Shown: piece by piece, positions 59,337 to 64,000 of the stretch
Position numbering within the stretch: the stretch's first letter is position 1
Layout: each line of letters opens with the position of its first letter
Made by a program: the position numbers and the translations under genes
The notes under the pieces: generated by a model
Seen by the model: only the letters and a program-made list of their open reading frames with translations
Database searches by the model: none
What the model was told of the DNA's origin: nothing
Origin: Syntrophorhabdaceae bacterium
Lineage (GTDB): Bacteria > Desulfobacterota > Syntrophorhabdia > Syntrophorhabdales > Syntrophorhabdaceae
DNA: 64,000 nucleotides
Direction of reading: 5' to 3'
NCBI GenBank assembly: GCA_963666485.2
Contig: CAXXUO010000002.1
Location: 320,001 to 384,000, forward strand

Positions 59337-59687
59337 ATGCCGTACAGGAGAACATCGCAATGGATAGTGGTATGTGTTTCGACGGCGATCACGATCTTCT
59401 GCGTCTACGTCCTGCTCATGAACCTGCGCATGGGAAATATAAAGAACGTCTGGGTCTTTTCCGCGTTTTCGGTCATATTCGCCATCCCGCTTTTGGTGAC
59501 GGTCTTCCACATGATCGCCGACAGGAACCCTACCCTTGCAAACCTGCACAAAAAGCATATCTCCCTCGGGCAAAAACACAAGACCACGTTCATCCCCCAC
59601 TGGTTCGTCACCTCCGGGGTGATCGTCATCGGGCTCATCATTCTTTATACGATAATAAAATGGCTGTTCATGTACTTCCAGCGATGA
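59337..59687 (+). CDS. Small 3-TM hypothetical membrane protein
   Basis: AGGAAGG RBS; three hydrophobic helices; stop overlaps the next ATG. Confidence 0.7.
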   Translation: MPYRRTSQWIVVCVSTAITIFCVYVLLMNLRMGNIKNVWVFSAFSVIFAIPLLVTVFHMIADRNPTLANLHKKHISLGQKHKTTFIPHWFVTSGVIVIGLIILYTIIKWLFMYFQR

Positions 59688-60592
59688 TCGAAATACCCCT
59701 TTCCCGGATAGATCTCAAGGATGAGCGCTTCCCGCTTTCTTTCGGCCGCGACAATGAAAGGTTGCTCTCGTCGATAAGGGCCTTTGGCATCATCGAGCCC
59801 GTTGTCCTCCTTGACCGGAAACCTTATGTCCCGGTCGCGGGCCATCGCCGCCTCGCGTGCGCCCGGTCCCTGGGAATGAGGTCTGTTCCGGCGTTCATCA
59901 TAGACAGTACGGACAGAGATGCCTTTCTCAAGGCGGTCAATGCGAACCTCGAGCGTGGATATAACATTATCGAGAAAGCAAACATCCTTTCCGGGATGGA
60001 CCTTCTCGGTTTTTCACGGCCCGACGTCCTCGCGTGCATGAAGGACCTCGATCTCGACCCCCACGAAAAGGTCCTCGATGTTTTCCTCGCTCTTGCCCGG
60101 CTCACCCTCCGGGAGAAGGAGTTTATCTTTACGAACGGCATGTCCTTGCGAAATACCGGGCACTTTCTGCGTTTCGACACCGGTGAGAGAAAAAAGATCA
60201 TGCGCTCCCTTTCCGGTCTTCATCTTACGGAAAGCGTGCTCCGCGAGGTCCTCGAATCTCTCCAGATCATAAAGATACGGACGGGGAAACTGGCGGGCAA
60301 GGATATCCCCGCCCTTCCGGACATCGAGGCTTTACGTTCACATCTGAAAAAAAGGATACACCCGGTCCTGACATCACTGGAGCGCAAATTAAAGGCGATA
60401 CGGGGTAAAATGGCGCTTCCGCCGGGGATGGATATTAGGGTAGACCCTTTCTTCGAAAAGGAGTATATTGAATTAGTACTGAGAATAAAAGACGAAAACG
60501 ACATACGCACCGCCCTCGCTAAAATTTCGGGATTAGCGGAAGCCGGTTTTCTGAGGAGCATCCTTGACCTTACAAAAGGTACAATTCGTTGA
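59684..60592 (+). CDS. ParB/Srx N-terminal domain protein
   Basis: L..SI..FGIIEPV and AGHRRL.CA..LG; N..RGYN.IEKA. Confidence 0.8.
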   Translation: MIEIPLSRIDLKDERFPLSFGRDNERLLSSIRAFGIIEPVVLLDRKPYVPVAGHRRLACARSLGMRSVPAFIIDSTDRDAFLKAVNANLERGYNIIEKANILSGMDLLGFSRPDVLACMKDLDLDPHEKVLDVFLALARLTLREKEFIFTNGMSLRNTGHFLRFDTGERKKIMRSLSGLHLTESVLREVLESLQIIKIRTGKLAGKDIPALPDIEALRSHLKKRIHPVLTSLERKLKAIRGKMALPPGMDIRVDPFFEKEYIELVLRIKDENDIRTALAKISGLAEAGFLRSILDLTKGTIR

Positions 60593-61511
60593 GAGGAACA
60601 CGGACATAATCCGGCAATGTCCCGGGACCAAACATCACATCTGCTGCGGGTACCAGACAATAGACATCATCGAAGGCTGCGTTCTCAACTGTTCATATTG
60701 CATACTCAAGGCATATCTCAAGAACGACGCGATAAAGGTCTCCTGTGACCCGGATGCGATAACCCGTGAACTCGACAGCCGCATCGACAGCGCCCCAGGG
60801 CACGTATTGAGGTTCGGGACGGGGGAGCTATCCGACAGTCTCGCCCTCGACAGGCAGCTCAAGCTCAATCAATTTCTCATCGACTATTTCGGCAAAAAGA
60901 AAAAAGCCCTTCTCGAGCTGAAATCGAAGTGGGCGGATTTCCGCCATCTCATCGGGCAGCTCAACCCGTACACGGTGATATCGTTCTCCGTGTCTCCGCA
61001 AAGGTTCATCGATTCCGAGGAAAAGCGCACAAGCCCGATACATAAACGCCTGAAAGCGGCGCGCCTGGCCCAGGACAACGGCTGTTTCGTCGGGCTTCAC
61101 TTCGATCCCGTCGTGATCTACGACGGGTTCGAGAGGGATTACCGTTATCTCATCGAAGACATCGGGAGAATCCTTGACCCTGAAAAGATCATCTGGATAA
61201 GCCTCGGCCTTTTGAGGTTCCCCGCAGCGCTCTACGGGCAGCTCATCGAAAAAAAGAGCAAATACCTTCTGGCCGGCGAGTTCATCCGGGGGGAAGACGG
61301 TAAATACCGTTACATAAAACCCGAGCGGATAAGGATATACAAATACCTTTATAAATTGCTGAAGAAGATCGATCGTGACCTTTTCATATACCTGTGCATG
61401 GAAAGGGCCGATATATGGAAAGAGGTTTTCGGCATGACGCTCAAGGACAACGAGGGCCTGATACAGCTTTTTGATACACGAATAAAGAACCTGTACGGAG
61501 GGACGTTATGA
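60564..61511 (+). CDS. Spore photoproduct lyase (SplB)-like radical SAM protein
   Basis: CPGT...CCGY, CVLNCSYC, GTGELSDSL, LELKSK, GLHFDP, DGKYRY and YLCME. Confidence 0.85.
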   Translation: MTLQKVQFVERNTDIIRQCPGTKHHICCGYQTIDIIEGCVLNCSYCILKAYLKNDAIKVSCDPDAITRELDSRIDSAPGHVLRFGTGELSDSLALDRQLKLNQFLIDYFGKKKKALLELKSKWADFRHLIGQLNPYTVISFSVSPQRFIDSEEKRTSPIHKRLKAARLAQDNGCFVGLHFDPVVIYDGFERDYRYLIEDIGRILDPEKIIWISLGLLRFPAALYGQLIEKKSKYLLAGEFIRGEDGKYRYIKPERIRIYKYLYKLLKKIDRDLFIYLCMERADIWKEVFGMTLKDNEGLIQLFDTRIKNLYGGTL

Positions 61512-62293
61512 GATTTCAGAACAAGGTTGTTTTTATTACCGGCGGCACAAAGGGACTCGGAAAAGCCATGGCGCAGGCCTACCTCGCGGAAGGCGCCTCG
61601 GTCGCCGTCAACGGCCGGAATAAAGATGCCGTGGAAAACTTCACGGAAGAGTTCAAGGGACAGCAGGTCCTCGCATTCGAGGGCGATATCTCCGATTACG
61701 ACGCGATGGACGCGACGGCATCGAAGGTCTATGAAACGCTGGGCAGGGTCGATATCCTCATCAACAATGCCGGTGTCGTCAATCCTCTCGTACCGTCCGT
61801 GAAAATGAAGAAGGAAGACTTCAGCAGCGTGATCGACATAAATTTGAAAGGGACGTTCTACACGACCCAGGTGTTCGGCAAGAGAATGGTGGCGCAGGGT
61901 TCCGGCCGGATCGTCAGCATAGCGTCGCAGGTGGCGCTTTTCGGTGAAAAAGGTTTTCTCCCTTACGCCATCAGCAAATCGGGGCTCATGACAATGACCC
62001 GCCAGCTCGCGTACGAGTGGTCAAAGTCCGGCGTGACGCTCTGCGCCGTGGCCCCCGGTTTTATAAAAGGCGGCATGAACGAAGGGCTTATCAGAAAAGA
62101 AGTGTTCGTCAACTACCTGTCCGGCAGGACGCCGATCGGCAGGATGGGAACGGTCGGCGAACTGGTCGCGACCATACTGTTCCTCTCTTCCGACGATGCG
62201 GCCTACATCAATGGCGAGACCATTGTCATGGACGGGGGGATGACGGGATATACCCCGGAGGGCCTTCTTGACTTCATGTCCAAAGGAAAATAA
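61508..62293 (+). CDS. SDR family oxidoreductase
   Basis: TGGTKGLG, NNAG, YAISK and PG.I...TPIGR.G. Confidence 0.93.
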   Translation: MRFQNKVVFITGGTKGLGKAMAQAYLAEGASVAVNGRNKDAVENFTEEFKGQQVLAFEGDISDYDAMDATASKVYETLGRVDILINNAGVVNPLVPSVKMKKEDFSSVIDINLKGTFYTTQVFGKRMVAQGSGRIVSIASQVALFGEKGFLPYAISKSGLMTMTRQLAYEWSKSGVTLCAVAPGFIKGGMNEGLIRKEVFVNYLSGRTPIGRMGTVGELVATILFLSSDDAAYINGETIVMDGGMTGYTPEGLLDFMSKGK

Positions 62294-62296
62294 TTA

Positions 62297-62956
62297 ATGG
62301 ACATTATCCCGTTTATACGCTTCACCATGAATTCGCGGTATATCGGCCGCTGGATCTACGGGGGCCTCGTCCTTTTTATCCCGGTCCTCAATTTCTTTTC
62401 AATAGGGTTTCTCTCCCGTACCTCCCGTCTCGTCATGGTGGGAGGTATGGGCCTTGCCACGTGGCAGGAGAAATACGAGGCATGGATAGAGGGGATCAAG
62501 CTGCTTTTTGTCTTTATTCTCTACAACGCCATCCCTTTCTTCATGTTCTCGAGCGGCTTCTTTCTCACGACACTCAACAGTTTCACCGCTTTCTTCGGCC
62601 ATCTCATGATCAAGGCGGCCACATTTATCGTTCTGCCGATCTGCTGCTTCTTCCTTCCTTTTGCGTTCGCGATCTTCGCAGAGCGCCTCGATTTCAGGGA
62701 AGCCCTGGAATTCGAGTTGATACTGCACGGGATCAAGGAGGTCCTCGTCGAATACATCATCGGGTACGTCGCGACACTGGCAGCCATTTACGTATCGCTC
62801 CTTTTTATGCGCATCCCGTACCTGGTCGGCTTTCTCATCTCGTCTGTGTTCACGTATTACTCCCTCCTGCTCTCCACGTTTTACTTCACCGAGCTTTATC
62901 GCAGGACAAGCCTCTGCCTCGTTCAGATAACGCAGGATGAGCCGCCCCTCGGGTAG
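62297..62956 (+). CDS. Membrane protein, DUF4013-like
   Basis: W..GGL..FIPV.N....G...R and W....G.K pattern; several TM helices. Confidence 0.7.
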   Translation: MDIIPFIRFTMNSRYIGRWIYGGLVLFIPVLNFFSIGFLSRTSRLVMVGGMGLATWQEKYEAWIEGIKLLFVFILYNAIPFFMFSSGFFLTTLNSFTAFFGHLMIKAATFIVLPICCFFLPFAFAIFAERLDFREALEFELILHGIKEVLVEYIIGYVATLAAIYVSLLFMRIPYLVGFLISSVFTYYSLLLSTFYFTELYRRTSLCLVQITQDEPPLG

Positions 62957-63021
62957 GGCTTCAAGGGCCCCCATTCATTGACTTGACCGCGGAATTATGC
63001 TAACTAATTATTCTTATAAAC

Positions 63022-63097
63022 GGCGGCAGTAGCTCAACGGCGGAGCATCGGATTGTGGTTCCGAGGGTTGCGGGTTCAAGTCCCGTCTGCCGCCCCA
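63022..63097 (+). tRNA. tRNA-His(GTG)
   Basis: Encoded G-1, acceptor GCGGCAG/CTGCCGC, loop TTGTGGT, discriminator C and CCA. Confidence 0.96.
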
Positions 63098-63165
63098 ATC
63101 TCCCGTTTTTACCTTCCCGCATCAATTTCCCCATTCTTCGGAACAAGACACGAGCAGGGCCACCC

Positions 63166-64000
63166 TTATCGTGAGGTGCCGTCACAGGGATCCTCGCGCA
63201 ACAGGCCGAAGACGGCGAAGGCTATGAGCGACAGCGCGGCCCCGAAGAAAAAAGGCGCCCCGGGACCGGCATGTTTCCACAGGATACCTGCGACGAGAGA
63301 TGCCGGAAAGGCGGCAAGACCTGTCGCGGTCTGGTAGATGCCGTACGTTGTGCCGGCATGCTCGCCCTTCGCGTGCAGGGAAATGTAGGCCTTTCCGATG
63401 CCCTCCGTTAATGCCATGTAGATGCCGTACAGTGGAAAAAGGGCCCAGAGGAAGGCAGGCCTTTGGGTAATACCGAATAAAAAGTAGATAATGGCAAAAA
63501 GCGCAAAGCCCCCGAGAAGGACCTTTTTCTGCCCTATCCTGTCGGATACGACGCCGGCGGGAAGAGAAAAGACGGCATAGACGACGTTGAACAGGGCATA
63601 TGCCAGGATCGTGGTCCCGACCGTGAACCCGACGCTGTGTGCCTTCAATATGATGAACGCGTCCGAGCTGTTCCCCAGGGCAAAGATGGTGCTCGCCAGG
63701 AGAAATATTTTGAATTCCCGCGTCAGCTTTATGTTGCGCAGCCTGAAGGGGATCACCGATGCCGGACGGTCACCCCTTTGCATATCCCGTACAAAGAATC
63801 CGAGAAGGATCACGCCGGCCACGGCAGGCAGAAATGCGAGGTAGAAGATGATCCGGAGATCGTCTTCGAATAACCTGATAAGAACAAAGGCCGTAAGCGG
63901 CCCCACCATCGCGCCGAGCGTATCGAGGCCGCGGTGAAAACCAAAGACCCTTCCGCGGTAACGCTCCTCGGAAGCCCCGGCGAGAAGTGCGTCGCGCGCT
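63166..64000 (-). CDS. MFS transporter, 5'-partial (start outside window)
   Basis: Frame continues to the window edge (RDALLA...GRVFGFHRGLDTLGAMVGP); LGNSSDAF and GVVSDRIG. Confidence 0.88.
   Translation of the reverse strand, partial: ARDALLAGASEERYRGRVFGFHRGLDTLGAMVGPLTAFVLIRLFEDDLRIIFYLAFLPAVAGVILLGFFVRDMQRGDRPASVIPFRLRNIKLTREFKIFLLASTIFALGNSSDAFIILKAHSVGFTVGTTILAYALFNVVYAVFSLPAGVVSDRIGQKKVLLGGFALFAIIYFLFGITQRPAFLWALFPLYGIYMALTEGIGKAYISLHAKGEHAGTTYGIYQTATGLAAFPASLVAGILWKHAGPGAPFFFGAALSLIAFAVFGLLREDPCDGTSR

Noticed and set aside
59360..59683. N-terminal extension of the ParB ORF to 410 aa
   Set aside because: It overlaps the 3-TM gene in another frame. The ATGA coupling at 59684 is the better start.

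Overview
A 64 kb bacterial chromosome window. Gene content suggests a strictly anaerobic Desulfobacterota/deltaproteobacterial organism, possibly a syntroph; this is inference, not a taxonomic assignment. The left part (1-32 kb) is accessory and rich in transporters. It holds two paralogous APC amino-acid permeases, CstA, an uncharacterised Rossmann-fold oxidoreductase, a guanine deaminase with a signal-peptide-like N-terminus and a 4-hydroxybutyrate module (permease-abfD-CoA transferase). It also holds a methanogen-marker-4 (MtxX/Mmp4)-like gene coupled to an MFS importer, plus an AT-richer regulatory islet with gene remnants ending at tRNA-Glu/tRNA-Lys. The right part is mostly core: nadCAB, a molybdopterin/tungstopterin operon, gap-pgk-tpiA-secG-tRNA-Leu, queA-tgt-yajC-rpsF-(priB-like)-rpsR-rplI-dnaB, a ParB-domain/spore-photoproduct-lyase-like operon and tRNA-His. 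Several intergenic spacers carry a recurring composite of inverted 7-mer arrays bracketing CGTC-type REP hairpins. One spacer (about 35980-36340) contains nested long-range stems with G-T wobbles, suggesting a structured RNA or ssDNA element. No CRISPR array, integrase or transposase was seen. All calls come from reading motifs by eye; no database searches were run.
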